From IMG/VR virus record IMGVR_UViG_3300042458_000246, positions 1 through 62,151 of that record: DNA of 62,151 nucleotides. The stretch is one strand, 5' to 3'. Positions within the stretch are counted from its first letter, which is position 1. Each line of letters opens with the position of its first letter. The notes beneath the pieces are model-generated. The model was not told the origin of the DNA, did not search any database, and saw only the letters and a list, made by a program, of their open reading frames with translations. Shown here piece by piece: positions 17,146 through 27,243 of the stretch. The position numbers were made by a program, and so were the translations under genes. The stretch is from a virus. Its lineage: Duplodnaviria; Caudoviricetes.

Positions 17146-17404
17146 AGAAGATATTATTCGCATGGCACAAGAGGCACAAATGCCTTTTTATTGGCGCACT
17201 GGTGAAATTACTTATCTAGACAAGCTTGAACGCTTTGCCGCCCTTGTCGCTTCTGCCGAGCGTGAGGCGTGTGAAGCCCTGCATGACCACGAAGATGTGC
17301 AAGCGCCTGTTGGCAACAGTTCATGGGGTGAGGCGTATCAAGAAGGTTGGGGTCAAGGTACAGCCGCATATCGTGATGCCATCCAAGCGAGGGAACAAGC
17401 ATGA
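17138..17404 (+). CDS. Hypothetical protein (EDIIRMA...EREAC...AIxAR type)
   Basis: Recurrent modular family, higher GC than its flanks. Confidence 0.7.
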   Translation: MNKEDIIRMAQEAQMPFYWRTGEITYLDKLERFAALVASAEREACEALHDHEDVQAPVGNSSWGEAYQEGWGQGTAAYRDAIQAREQA

Positions 17405-17643
17405 ACAGAGAAGACATCATTAGTAAAGCTAAACAAGAAGATGAGATTGAACTAATTGACTTTGTTAAGCTAGCTATACTAGAAGAACGTGCAGCATGTT
17501 TAAAAGCAGTTGAACATTCATTAACACATCACTTTATTTGGTATCCTAAAGGCTATTCAATTAATGCTAACAAAATAAGTGATATCTACAAACACCAACA
17601 TGATCGTTGTGTTGATGCTATTAAAGCAAGAGGACAAGTATAA
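17401..17643 (+). CDS. Hypothetical protein, paralog of previous gene
   Basis: MNREDII...EERAAC...AIKARG. Confidence 0.7.
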   Translation: MNREDIISKAKQEDEIELIDFVKLAILEERAACLKAVEHSLTHHFIWYPKGYSINANKISDIYKHQHDRCVDAIKARGQV

Positions 17644-17879
17644 TGTTTAAAATGACTTGTAGTTATTGTAGTGAAATGTATTATATAGGTGAAGGATGTG
17701 AATGTTGGAAACAAAACGTTAAGACATATGCCTTTCATAAAACACCTTTACCTGTTGGTTATTGGATACTATATGCAGAAGTCACACCAAGTGTATCGTT
17801 TTCTATGTATCACAAACCTACAGATGAACAAATTAAAAACACTGAGAAACTACTTGGTTGGACATGGAGAGATGCATGA
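17643..17879 (+). CDS. Hypothetical protein
   Basis: CSYC...CEC; KP......EKLLGWTW. Confidence 0.6.
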   Translation: MFKMTCSYCSEMYYIGEGCECWKQNVKTYAFHKTPLPVGYWILYAEVTPSVSFSMYHKPTDEQIKNTEKLLGWTWRDA

Positions 17880-18073
17880 CTGATGATATATTTCTTGGTT
17901 CATATGAAATGTGGGTAATCACTTGCCCAAAGCATGGTGAACATAAACATGTAATTTATAGTAGCATTAAAGGTTATGAAGGTCAGTGGTGTCAACTCTG
18001 TTGGATTGAAATGCTTGGTGATCCTTTACCAGCAGTGTTAAAGAATGTACCTTATGAGGACAATAATGAATAA
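17876..18073 (+). CDS. Small Cys/His protein
   Basis: CPKHGEH...WCQLC; GGAG RBS. Confidence 0.6.
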   Translation: MTDDIFLGSYEMWVITCPKHGEHKHVIYSSIKGYEGQWCQLCWIEMLGDPLPAVLKNVPYEDNNE

Positions 18074-19913
18074 ACTACGTCTATGTGTAGACATTGAGAC
18101 TAATGGTTTCATTCCAGATGTAAATAAGATTTGGTGTCTTGTTGCTGTTGATTCAGACAACGGAAATGTTTACTCATTCTCAGACTATGACGATGAGCTA
18201 CCAAGCTTATCTGAAGGTCTTGACTTCATATCCAAGGCTGATATTGTCTTTGGTCATAACATTATTGGCTATGACTTAGTAGTACTAGACTATATACTTG
18301 GATTCAAACTACCTGAGACAGTTAAGGTAGTAGACACATGGATCTTATCCCAACTAAACCAGTATAAGCGTGAGCATAAACATGGTCTAGAGGGATGGGG
18401 TGCTAAACTAAACTATCCTAAGCTTGACTTCACTGAGTTTAATAACTACAGTAAAGAAATGCTTACATACTGTATCCGAGATGTTGAACTCAATGTTAAG
18501 GTATACAAGGTACTCGCTGAAGAAGCTACTAACTTGATTCGTAAATACCCATTGTACAAAAAAGGTATTGAGGTTGAGACTGAGTTTGCTAAAATCGAAG
18601 CTGACATCAGAGCTAAAGGCTGGATGTTTGATATGGCTAAAGCTCAGACACTGCTAACAGAGATTAACAACAAGTTAGATGCTATTGAGATGGTACTTGA
18701 ACCTAAGATCGGAATGAGGTGTATCAAGACAGATGGAAAAGACGAATTCAAAGAACCCGCATGGCGAAAAGACGGGTGCTATACAGTCGCCACTGTTAAA
18801 CACTTTAATCTACCGCAAGAGTCGGGAAGAACTGAAAGACCTATTGAAGGAGCCTACTGTAGAATCTCCTTTGAACAAGGTAAAGTCGGATCAATCGAAG
18901 TCGTAAAGGACTGGTTGTATTCTATTGGATGGGTACCTGACGAATGGAACGTAGAGAAAATCAATGGTAAGTTTGTTAACAAGTCACCTAAGATTACCGA
19001 ATCTTCTCTTGAGAAGCTTGGTCCTGATGCTATGCTTGTCAGTGAATACTATACTATTAGGAGCCGTAAAGGTATCCTTGAGGGTTGGATCAATGAAGTT
19101 AGAAACAGTAAAGACAATCGTTTACATGGTCGCATGTGGACTATTGGTACACCTACTTTTAGGTGTCGCCATGAAGTTGTTGCTAATCTCCCTTCTGTTG
19201 ACTCTGTATATGGGAAAGAGATGCGAGGACTTCTTGTATCCGAACCCGGAACAACCATTGTCGGTGCTGACTCGGCTGGAAATCAGATGCGTGGTCTTTG
19301 CCACTACATACGTAACGATGAATTTACTAATGAGGTAATCAATGGAGATGTTCACCAGCGAAATGCAGATGCTCTTGGAACTAGCCGCAAGCTTGCTAAG
19401 CCTTTTCTTTATGCTTTCCTGTTCGGGGGTGGTGATGGTAAGCTTGGTCTCATACTTACGGGTAAGACGGATGCGAAGACGGGTAGAACTGCTAAAGAAA
19501 AGTTTGAGAATTCAATCCCAGGATTAAAAGAACTTAAGGATAATCTATCAAGTCTATTTGATAAAACATCTAATACATTTGGTAAGGATAAAGCCTTCAT
19601 CAGAGGTATCGATGGTCGTATGGTATTCGTAAGCTCTCAGCATCAGGTACTTAACTACCTATTACAGACTGCTGAAGGTGTCAGCTGCAAGGCGGCAGCA
19701 GTATATCTCAGAGACAAACTAAAAGAACGTAACATCCCACACTACTTTGTTCTACATTATCATGATGAAGTTGCTGTTGTAACTAAAGATGAGTATGCAG
19801 AAGAAGTAACAGAGCTATCTATCGAAGCATTCACTGAAGCCCCTAAGTGGTTTGGTATCGAGTGCATGGGTGGTGACGCACATACAGGTAAAACATATGC
19901 AGAGGTACACTGA
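18066..19913 (+). CDS. DNA polymerase family A (T7 gp5-like, 3'-5' exo + pol)
   Basis: ExoI DIET, ExoII HNIIGYD, ExoIII YCIRD; motif A ADSAGNQMR, B RKLAKPFLYAFLFG, C HDE. Start at 18066 after GAGGA. Confidence 0.95.
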   Translation: MNKLRLCVDIETNGFIPDVNKIWCLVAVDSDNGNVYSFSDYDDELPSLSEGLDFISKADIVFGHNIIGYDLVVLDYILGFKLPETVKVVDTWILSQLNQYKREHKHGLEGWGAKLNYPKLDFTEFNNYSKEMLTYCIRDVELNVKVYKVLAEEATNLIRKYPLYKKGIEVETEFAKIEADIRAKGWMFDMAKAQTLLTEINNKLDAIEMVLEPKIGMRCIKTDGKDEFKEPAWRKDGCYTVATVKHFNLPQESGRTERPIEGAYCRISFEQGKVGSIEVVKDWLYSIGWVPDEWNVEKINGKFVNKSPKITESSLEKLGPDAMLVSEYYTIRSRKGILEGWINEVRNSKDNRLHGRMWTIGTPTFRCRHEVVANLPSVDSVYGKEMRGLLVSEPGTTIVGADSAGNQMRGLCHYIRNDEFTNEVINGDVHQRNADALGTSRKLAKPFLYAFLFGGGDGKLGLILTGKTDAKTGRTAKEKFENSIPGLKELKDNLSSLFDKTSNTFGKDKAFIRGIDGRMVFVSSQHQVLNYLLQTAEGVSCKAAAVYLRDKLKERNIPHYFVLHYHDEVAVVTKDEYAEEVTELSIEAFTEAPKWFGIECMGGDAHTGKTYAEVH

Positions 19914-20761
19914 TGATTGAATCAGAAGATCAATTTGACATAGCAATTATTGATGCAGATAGTATTCTGTATCAGATTGCTTACATGCAACCATCTCCAG
20001 CGTTATGTCGTAAAGCTCTTGACGATAAGTTAAAAGAGATTATGACTAACACCGGAGCTATTGCTGGTGCTGTCTTTATTAAAGGTAAAGATAACTTTAG
20101 GTATCAAGTAGATGCCGCCTATAAAGGTAATAGAAAAGATAATATAGAACCTGAAGTTAAGGATCGTATTGAAGACCTATATGAGTATTGTAAAGAGTTT
20201 AGTATACAGTCAGATGGTGGTGAAGCAGATGATTACTGTGGTATTGCCGCTGACTTAGCAGTAGGAGACAACAAACGTTATGTTGTATGCCATATAGATA
20301 AAGACTTAGACTGTATTCCTGGGTGGCACTATAACTTTCGTAAGGATACAATGTACTACGTTGAACCAGAAGAAGGTTATCGATTCCTTATGATGCAAAT
20401 CTTAACAGGAGATGCAACAGATAATATCCAAGGCTTAAGAGGTGTTGGACCAAAGACAGCTGAGAAGTTAATCAATGGTGTACCTAATACCCACTTGTGG
20501 TCAAGGGTTATTGACATCTGGAAAGAAAAATGTGGTGATAATTGGGAACCTTTCTTTTTGAAATGTGCTAACTGCATATACATCAGAGAGAGTGATGAGG
20601 ACCTTAAGCCACTATCATTTGAAGAACTAAAGGAAAGATTATCATGGAAGATTACGGACATTGGATTGCCCTTACAGAGCGACCAGCCAACGCCTTCGGA
20701 TTCATCTATGCCGTCTTCGGACCAACTGGAAGACAATACATCGGAAGAAAGCAACTCATAA
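19913..20761 (+). CDS. 5'-3' exonuclease (T7 gp6-like)
   Basis: IIDADS, NFRY, YKGNRK, EADD, DKD, GDATDNIQGLRGVGPKTA. Confidence 0.9.
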   Translation: MIESEDQFDIAIIDADSILYQIAYMQPSPALCRKALDDKLKEIMTNTGAIAGAVFIKGKDNFRYQVDAAYKGNRKDNIEPEVKDRIEDLYEYCKEFSIQSDGGEADDYCGIAADLAVGDNKRYVVCHIDKDLDCIPGWHYNFRKDTMYYVEPEEGYRFLMMQILTGDATDNIQGLRGVGPKTAEKLINGVPNTHLWSRVIDIWKEKCGDNWEPFFLKCANCIYIRESDEDLKPLSFEELKERLSWKITDIGLPLQSDQPTPSDSSMPSSDQLEDNTSEESNS

Positions 20762-21060
20762 GTGAAACATCTAGACTACCCGCAGGAGCTAAGCGCAGAG
20801 TTAAGACTCGAAGAGAGTCTGATTGGAGAGTTTACAGATCCTCTTGTAGAGAACTACTTGATGATCTTGAACTCTATGGACCTGAAACATTTACTTTTGT
20901 TATCTATGACTGGGTATACGGAAAAGGAATGCTTACGTATAGGGAGGCTCAGGAGCAGTGGCAATGTGAAGTCCTTTCAAGAAATGAAACTCCTGATGGA
21001 GAACGTATCTGGTATAACGGAAACATCGGGGCAGTAAAGTTTTTAAAACCTAAATCATGA
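20644..21060 (+). CDS. GIY-YIG-like endonuclease
   Basis: FGFIY...YIGRK...SDWRVYRSS...E...YNGNI. Confidence 0.75.
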   Translation: MEDYGHWIALTERPANAFGFIYAVFGPTGRQYIGRKQLISETSRLPAGAKRRVKTRRESDWRVYRSSCRELLDDLELYGPETFTFVIYDWVYGKGMLTYREAQEQWQCEVLSRNETPDGERIWYNGNIGAVKFLKPKS

Positions 21061-21215
21061 ATAAGAATAAGCCTATTAAACCACTTGAAAAAGAAATCCC
21101 TTCATTAAAAGAAGATTTCAAAAATCAATTCAAACGTAAGAAAGAAACTCAACAAGAAGCTAAAGATCGCAGAGAACGTATTAGAGAGTATAAAGACAAC
21201 AGAGACTGGAACTAA
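21057..21215 (+). CDS. Small charged protein (52 aa)
   Basis: Manually found; ATGA overlap. Confidence 0.55.
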   Translation: MNKNKPIKPLEKEIPSLKEDFKNQFKRKKETQQEAKDRRERIREYKDNRDWN

Positions 21216-21218
21216 TAT

Positions 21219-22823
21219 ATGTCAAGGTGGATTCATACCGCTTGTCCTAAGTGCAGCTCATCAGATGCTTTTTCTTATAAAGAAGATGATGAGTTTGGCT
21301 ATTGCTTTTCGTGTTGTAAATCAGCACCAACAGACCCTAACTTTAAACCAACAGTTTACCACAAAGAAAACTACGATATGCACACAATAGAGGAGATCAG
21401 AGAGTATGACACAAGAGGATTCCAAGAAAGAGGTATCACCAAACCCGTATCAGCTCACTACGGTGTTAAGGTTTCGTATGCTGAGGATGGTACTATCAGT
21501 AGCCATTTTTATCCATATACTAAAGACAATGGTATTGTTGCCTATAAAGAGCGTAAACTACCTAAAACCTTTCTTATTCACGGTGAGTTTAAAGGTGTAC
21601 AGTTATTCGGTCAGAATGTTTCAACGGGTGGTAAGCGCATTATCATCACGGAAGGAGAACTAGACGCACTAGCTGTAGCTCAAGCCCAACATGATAAGTA
21701 TGGTAGGTTCTACCCAGTAGTAGCATTACCCTCTGCATCAGCCACATCAATGATCCTTGAACAACGTGAATGGTTACGTAACTTCGATGAAGTCGTATTG
21801 ATGTTCGATCAAGATGATGCAGGAAAGAAAGCTACAGATCAAGCCGCTAAGATCATTGGCTATGATAAGGTTAAGGTAGCATCATTACCTGAAAAAGATC
21901 CTTGTGATGTACTGATTAAGCATGGTTCAGCTATGCTAATGAACTGTATCTTTGATGCACGTACATTCAGTCCAGCAGGTGTTGTTAAAGGCGAGGCTAT
22001 CTGGGAACAATTCATGCGTAAGAAAGAAACTAATTCTTTGCCTTACCCTGAATGCTTGAAGACTCTCAACGACAAGCTACATGGTCTTCGCTTAGGTGAG
22101 ATTGTATTGTTCACATCAGGCACAGGCTCAGGTAAGAGTACAGTCATTAAAGAAATTGTACTTGAAATCTTAGCTAAGACAACTGATATGATCGGTATGG
22201 TATCACTCGAAGAATCCATTGGTGACTCTGCTGAGAAGTTTATTGGTATGCAGTTACGTAAGAACCTTACTACAAACAAAGTAACTGAAGAAGAAATGTA
22301 TGCAGCTCATCAACAAGTGTTTGGTGATGAACGCTTAGTACTGCTTGATCACCAAGGATCTGTAGGAGATGAGTCTCTTATAGACAAACTTGAACACTTA
22401 GCCCTGATGGGTTGTAAATATATCATCCTTGACCACATCACTATTGCTGTGTCTGAGGGTGCTAAGGGTCGTACAGGTAATGAAGCAGTTGACTCAGTCA
22501 TGAGTGATCTACTTAAGATTTGTAAGAAGCATAACGTCTGGTTAGGCGTTGTGTCTCACCTACGTAAGGGTGAAAAGCCTTTTGAAGAAGGTCACTTGCC
22601 AACCATTGATGACATCAAAGGCTCAGGCTCTATTAAACAAATCTCATTTGACATCATTGCTTTCTCACGCAACATGATTGCTGAGACAGAACAGATGCGT
22701 AACACAATTAAGCTTCGTGTATTGAAATCTCGATTCACGGGTATGACAGGTGACTGCGGTAATACTAGGTATGACGCTGACACTGGTCGCTTAATGCAAA
22801 CAACTTTTGTTGACTTTGAATAA
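21219..22823 (+). CDS. DNA primase-helicase (T7 gp4-like)
   Basis: Zn finger CPKC..CFSC, TOPRIM EGELD and FDQD, Walker A GTGSGKST, ILDH, KGSG. Confidence 0.95.
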   Translation: MSRWIHTACPKCSSSDAFSYKEDDEFGYCFSCCKSAPTDPNFKPTVYHKENYDMHTIEEIREYDTRGFQERGITKPVSAHYGVKVSYAEDGTISSHFYPYTKDNGIVAYKERKLPKTFLIHGEFKGVQLFGQNVSTGGKRIIITEGELDALAVAQAQHDKYGRFYPVVALPSASATSMILEQREWLRNFDEVVLMFDQDDAGKKATDQAAKIIGYDKVKVASLPEKDPCDVLIKHGSAMLMNCIFDARTFSPAGVVKGEAIWEQFMRKKETNSLPYPECLKTLNDKLHGLRLGEIVLFTSGTGSGKSTVIKEIVLEILAKTTDMIGMVSLEESIGDSAEKFIGMQLRKNLTTNKVTEEEMYAAHQQVFGDERLVLLDHQGSVGDESLIDKLEHLALMGCKYIILDHITIAVSEGAKGRTGNEAVDSVMSDLLKICKKHNVWLGVVSHLRKGEKPFEEGHLPTIDDIKGSGSIKQISFDIIAFSRNMIAETEQMRNTIKLRVLKSRFTGMTGDCGNTRYDADTGRLMQTTFVDFE

Positions 22824-25025
22824 ATGAATCCATTAAATTATCTTACTGAACGTGTATCGAAGGTTGTCCCCAACTCAGATAAGATCTACAATGAGGGTGC
22901 TCGCCTTCTAGCACACTACCCAACATGGGAATATGAACTTGAAAGATTTATCAACGAATCTTGGGATACCCTCCTTAGATACTGCATTCGTAACAAGAAC
23001 GCAACGCATAGCGCCTCTGTTAAACTCACCTTTGCTTCTGACCTTATCGGAAAAAGAATTGCAAGAGCTATTGGAGCTGACGAACTTGATATCAAGTCAA
23101 CTCTATCGCTTGGAGATCTTCTTCTTGAAACGTTCCTTCAAGATGGACTGATTGACATCTTCAGGGAATATGCAGGATACAAAGCTCCTTATATGGTACG
23201 CATTGTTAACCAAGCAGATGATATTAAGCCAACATTAATTGGTACTTCATTTGAACCCTTGTTACCTATCATGGGTCTATATAGCCCACTAACTAAAGAA
23301 CCTTTTATTAAGGGCTGGACTAACTCTAAGCTATTCCATGATAACCTTAATAAAACATTTGTAAGGTCTCTTGAGACTCTTCGACAACAGTCTTGGAAGC
23401 TTAACATTCCTGTGTTAACTGCTATGCAAGCACAGACTCCTAAGGAAATCCTTGAGTTGGTCGATGAAGATGGTGTTGTAAGAGAATACAATATACACCA
23501 TGAGAACCTAGACTTACCTAAAAAACTGTCTCATACAGATGGTACTAAATTCCTTGGTAAGAAAGATCCTAAGCTACAACGTATGATGAGTAAATACTTT
23601 GAGTACATGCAAGTGCTTAAGAAGGCTGAGATGATTGGTGAAAGAACTTTCTTTCAGGAAGTCTCTTGTGACTACCGAGGTAGAGTATATTATGCAGAAT
23701 CATTTTTAGAGTTCCAAGGTAGTGACCTTGCTCGTAGCTTGTTTATGTTTGCTAACAAAAAGAAAGTTACTGAGAGAGGTTTATTCTGGATTAAAGTGCA
23801 TACAGCAGCTTGCTTTAATAAGTCTTTTATTATCAGTGATATACCTAAGTATTTTAAGACAGACTATAAAGCTTATCTTGAGGGTGAAGGTCTTGATACT
23901 ATATCAGTAGACAAAATGACTCTTGAAGATAGAGTTGCATGGGTAGATAACAACATTGAGTTTATCTATGATGTAGCTCGTACTAAGACTATTCATCCTG
24001 ATGCTGAAAAGTCTTATAGCTTCTTAGCTTGTTGTAATGAGTTGTTAGCTTATAAGAGAGCTAAGATGGAAGGTAAGGAGTTTATGTCTGGACTACCTAT
24101 ACCTATTGATGGTAGTAATAACGGATGGCAACACTTAGCAGCTATGTCTAAGGACAAACAAGCTGGTACGCTGGTTTCACTTGTTCCTACACCTATCCAG
24201 AAAGACTTCTACGTAGCTGTTGCTAAAGAACTCATTGGTATTATGCCTGAGTACTTTGAGATTAAAGATATGCCTATGAAACATATCAGAAAAGGTATAG
24301 CTAAACGAGGCTCAATGACTCGTGCATACAGTGCTGGTAAAATGCGTATAGCAAAAAACATGTATGAAGACTGTCACGTAGAAGGTTATACTGTTAAGTA
24401 CAATATTACTGAGGATCAATGTGATGTATTAGCAGGTAACTTAATCAAAGCTATTAACACTGTCTGTGCAGGACCACTTAAGACAACCAAGTATTTACAG
24501 AAGATTGCAGAACATGAACTCAATTCAGGAAGAAATCAACTTACATGGACAACACCCTCGGGGTTCCCAGTAATATATAAGGCTTACTTACAACATGAAC
24601 GTAAACAAAGAGGCACTATCAAGGGTATTCAAGGAAATAAAGATGGTCGTGTTATGCACGTTATCAAGGTTGATGTCCTTAACAAAGAAACAGGTGAACG
24701 GGTACCGTGCAGGAGAAGCTATGCTTCGGGTATTAGTCCTAATATTGTTCACTCCTATGATGCTGCTCATATGGCTAATACTATTGTTAGCTTCAATGGC
24801 TCTTTTGGTGCCGTACACGACTCCTTTAGCTCACATGCTTCTGAGATTGATTTCCTACAAGAAGTAACTAAAATGACATTCATAGCACAATATGATGTAG
24901 AAAACTTCTTTAACATACTTCAAGATAACCTTATGGATAATAAGGATAGCTTCACGTTTAATCAACCTGATCTAGGTAATTTAGAACTTTCTGATATAAC
25001 TAACTCGGAGTATTTCTTTTGTTAA
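22824..25025 (+). CDS. Single-subunit (T7-like) RNA polymerase, 733 aa
   Basis: DYRGRVY, motif A IDGSNNGWQH, B RKGIAKRGSMTRAYS, ISPNIVHSYDA, C VHDSF. Confidence 0.95.
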   Translation: MNPLNYLTERVSKVVPNSDKIYNEGARLLAHYPTWEYELERFINESWDTLLRYCIRNKNATHSASVKLTFASDLIGKRIARAIGADELDIKSTLSLGDLLLETFLQDGLIDIFREYAGYKAPYMVRIVNQADDIKPTLIGTSFEPLLPIMGLYSPLTKEPFIKGWTNSKLFHDNLNKTFVRSLETLRQQSWKLNIPVLTAMQAQTPKEILELVDEDGVVREYNIHHENLDLPKKLSHTDGTKFLGKKDPKLQRMMSKYFEYMQVLKKAEMIGERTFFQEVSCDYRGRVYYAESFLEFQGSDLARSLFMFANKKKVTERGLFWIKVHTAACFNKSFIISDIPKYFKTDYKAYLEGEGLDTISVDKMTLEDRVAWVDNNIEFIYDVARTKTIHPDAEKSYSFLACCNELLAYKRAKMEGKEFMSGLPIPIDGSNNGWQHLAAMSKDKQAGTLVSLVPTPIQKDFYVAVAKELIGIMPEYFEIKDMPMKHIRKGIAKRGSMTRAYSAGKMRIAKNMYEDCHVEGYTVKYNITEDQCDVLAGNLIKAINTVCAGPLKTTKYLQKIAEHELNSGRNQLTWTTPSGFPVIYKAYLQHERKQRGTIKGIQGNKDGRVMHVIKVDVLNKETGERVPCRRSYASGISPNIVHSYDAAHMANTIVSFNGSFGAVHDSFSSHASEIDFLQEVTKMTFIAQYDVENFFNILQDNLMDNKDSFTFNQPDLGNLELSDITNSEYFFC

Positions 25026-25074
25026 CAACAGGATTATTAATACTTTTATTACTATGGCTAATAGTAATGCAATG

Positions 25075-25090
25075 AGTCGGTACCTAATAC
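25075..25090 (+). promoter_or_regulatory. Phage RNAP promoter (RNR operon)
   Basis: AGTCGGTACCTAATAC, 15/16, intergenic. Confidence 0.8.
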
Positions 25091-25117
25091 CAGACAACAA
25101 TCAACAATAAGGAATTC

Positions 25118-26992
25118 ATGAACTCTTACCAACAACTTATCGCCAAATCCCGTTATGCTCGATACCTACCCGAACAAAAACGTAGAGAGAACTGGGATGA
25201 AACTTCTACTCGATGGGTAGACTTCTTTAAAGAACAACTTAAAGACAAGATCAATACCCAAGATACTATTTGGGATATCTTAGGAACAAGCATTAATAAC
25301 TTGTCAGTATTACCATCTATGCGTTCTGTTATGACTGCTGGTGAAGCTCTTAAGCGTACTCACGTAGCGGCTTATAACTGTAGCTACCTTCCTGTAGATC
25401 ATAAGCGTTGCTTTGATGAGGCTATGTATATCCTCTTGTGTGGTACTGGTGTAGGCTTCTCATGTGAGCAAGTCTATACAAACAAATTACCTACTGTACC
25501 CACATTAGAAGAATCAGATAAGATTATTACAGTAGAAGACTCTAAAGAAGGTTGGTGTGAAGCATATAAATTGCTTATCAGTCGCCTGTATGCTGGTACT
25601 ATTCCTAAGTGGGATGTATCTTTAGTACGTCCAGCAGGTGCTCCACTTAAGACATTCGGTGGTCGTGCTTCAGGTCCAGGCCCACTAGTAGACTTGTTCC
25701 AGTATACAGTAGATAAGTTTAAAGCGGCTCAAGGTCGTAAGCTTAAGTCTATTGAAGCCCACGATATCATGTGTAAGATCGGTGAGGTAGTCGTTGTAGG
25801 TGGTGTACGTAGGTCAGCCATGATTTCTCTTGGTGACTTAGGTGACTATGATCATGCAACAGCTAAGGCAGGTGCTTGGTGGGAGAACCATGGTGAACGT
25901 GCCTTGGCTAACAACTCAGCAGTATACAACAACAAACCTTCTATTGGTGAATTCATGAAGGAATGGTTAGATATCTATAACAGTCACTCAGGTGAGCGTG
26001 GTATCTTCAACCGTGAAGCCTCACAGAAGCAAGCCGCTAAATGGGGTCGTAGAGATATCAGCACTGACTATGGCACTAACCCATGCTCAGAGATTATTCT
26101 TAAGCCATATCAATTCTGTAACTTGTCTACTATTGTTGTGTCTCCTGATGACAACCTTGCATCTCTTAAAACTAAAGTTCGCTTGGCTACCATCATGGGT
26201 ACAATGCAATCTACACTAACTGACTTCCCTTATCTACGTGACATCTGGAAAAAGAATACAGAACAAGAACGTCTCTTGGGTGTATCAATGACTGGTATCC
26301 TTGATAACCCTTACTTGCGTGGTAGTACACATACTCCATTACGACAGATCCTTGAGACACTTCGTGATGTAGCTCGTGATACAAACAAAGAGTGGGCAGA
26401 GATCTTGGGTGTACCTGAGTCAGCCGCTATCACTTGTGTTAAGCCTGAAGGTACTGTGTCTCAACTTACACAGACATCCAGCGGTATCCATGCAGGACAC
26501 GCACCATACTACATCAGACGTATTCGTCAAGATAAGAAAGACCCACTGACTCAATTCTTGATTGATCAAGGTGTACCTCATGAGGACTGCGTTATGAAGC
26601 CAGACCAGACAGCTGTGTTTAGCTTCCCACAACAGTCACCAGGATTTACCCGTAAGGATATCAATGCTATTGAACACCTTAATATCTGGTTGGCATATCA
26701 ACGTCACTGGTGTGAGCATAAGCCTTCAGTAACTATCTCAGTTAAGGATCATGAATGGATGGAAGTAGGAGCATGGGTATATGAACACTTTGATGAATGT
26801 ACTGGAATTTCTTTCTTACCTGATGATGGTGGTACTTATCGTCAGGCTCCATACGAGGACACCAACTTGGAAACTTACAATAGTCTTGTCAGCACCCTAC
26901 CTGTTGTTGAATGGAATCTCTTTATGGAAGATCGTGACAATGTAGAAGGTGCGCAGACATTAGCTTGTACAGCTGGAGGGTGTGAGATTTGA
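25118..26992 (+). CDS. nrdJ: Class II (B12-dependent) ribonucleotide reductase
   Basis: YNCS, GGVRRSA, TNPCSEI, TCVKPEGT, C-terminal CTAGGCEI; no beta-subunit gene. Confidence 0.92.
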   Translation: MNSYQQLIAKSRYARYLPEQKRRENWDETSTRWVDFFKEQLKDKINTQDTIWDILGTSINNLSVLPSMRSVMTAGEALKRTHVAAYNCSYLPVDHKRCFDEAMYILLCGTGVGFSCEQVYTNKLPTVPTLEESDKIITVEDSKEGWCEAYKLLISRLYAGTIPKWDVSLVRPAGAPLKTFGGRASGPGPLVDLFQYTVDKFKAAQGRKLKSIEAHDIMCKIGEVVVVGGVRRSAMISLGDLGDYDHATAKAGAWWENHGERALANNSAVYNNKPSIGEFMKEWLDIYNSHSGERGIFNREASQKQAAKWGRRDISTDYGTNPCSEIILKPYQFCNLSTIVVSPDDNLASLKTKVRLATIMGTMQSTLTDFPYLRDIWKKNTEQERLLGVSMTGILDNPYLRGSTHTPLRQILETLRDVARDTNKEWAEILGVPESAAITCVKPEGTVSQLTQTSSGIHAGHAPYYIRRIRQDKKDPLTQFLIDQGVPHEDCVMKPDQTAVFSFPQQSPGFTRKDINAIEHLNIWLAYQRHWCEHKPSVTISVKDHEWMEVGAWVYEHFDECTGISFLPDDGGTYRQAPYEDTNLETYNSLVSTLPVVEWNLFMEDRDNVEGAQTLACTAGGCEI

Positions 26993-27243
26993 AACTACTT
27001 AAATTCTCTGCCGCATGGTGCCAACCATGTAAGCAACTAGATGCATTCCTAGCAGAAGCCTTGTTAGAATACCCTGAGATTGAACTTGTAAGTATGCCTA
27101 TTGAGGATAACAGAGATTCAGTATCATACTACGGTATCCGTACAGTACCTACTATGATTATGGTTGATAACAATGATCAGGTACTCAGGACTTCTGTAGG
27201 CTTTACCCCTACTAAAGTTAAACCTTTCTTAGCAGGTACCTAA
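26989..27243 (+). CDS. Thioredoxin-like protein
   Basis: WCQPCK and IRTVPT. Confidence 0.9.
   Translation: MKLLKFSAAWCQPCKQLDAFLAEALLEYPEIELVSMPIEDNRDSVSYYGIRTVPTMIMVDNNDQVLRTSVGFTPTKVKPFLAGT

Noticed and set aside
18066-26992. Introns, inteins or stop-codon reassignment in replication genes
   Set aside because: Polymerase, primase-helicase, RNAP and NrdJ are uninterrupted, compact and fully open in the standard code.
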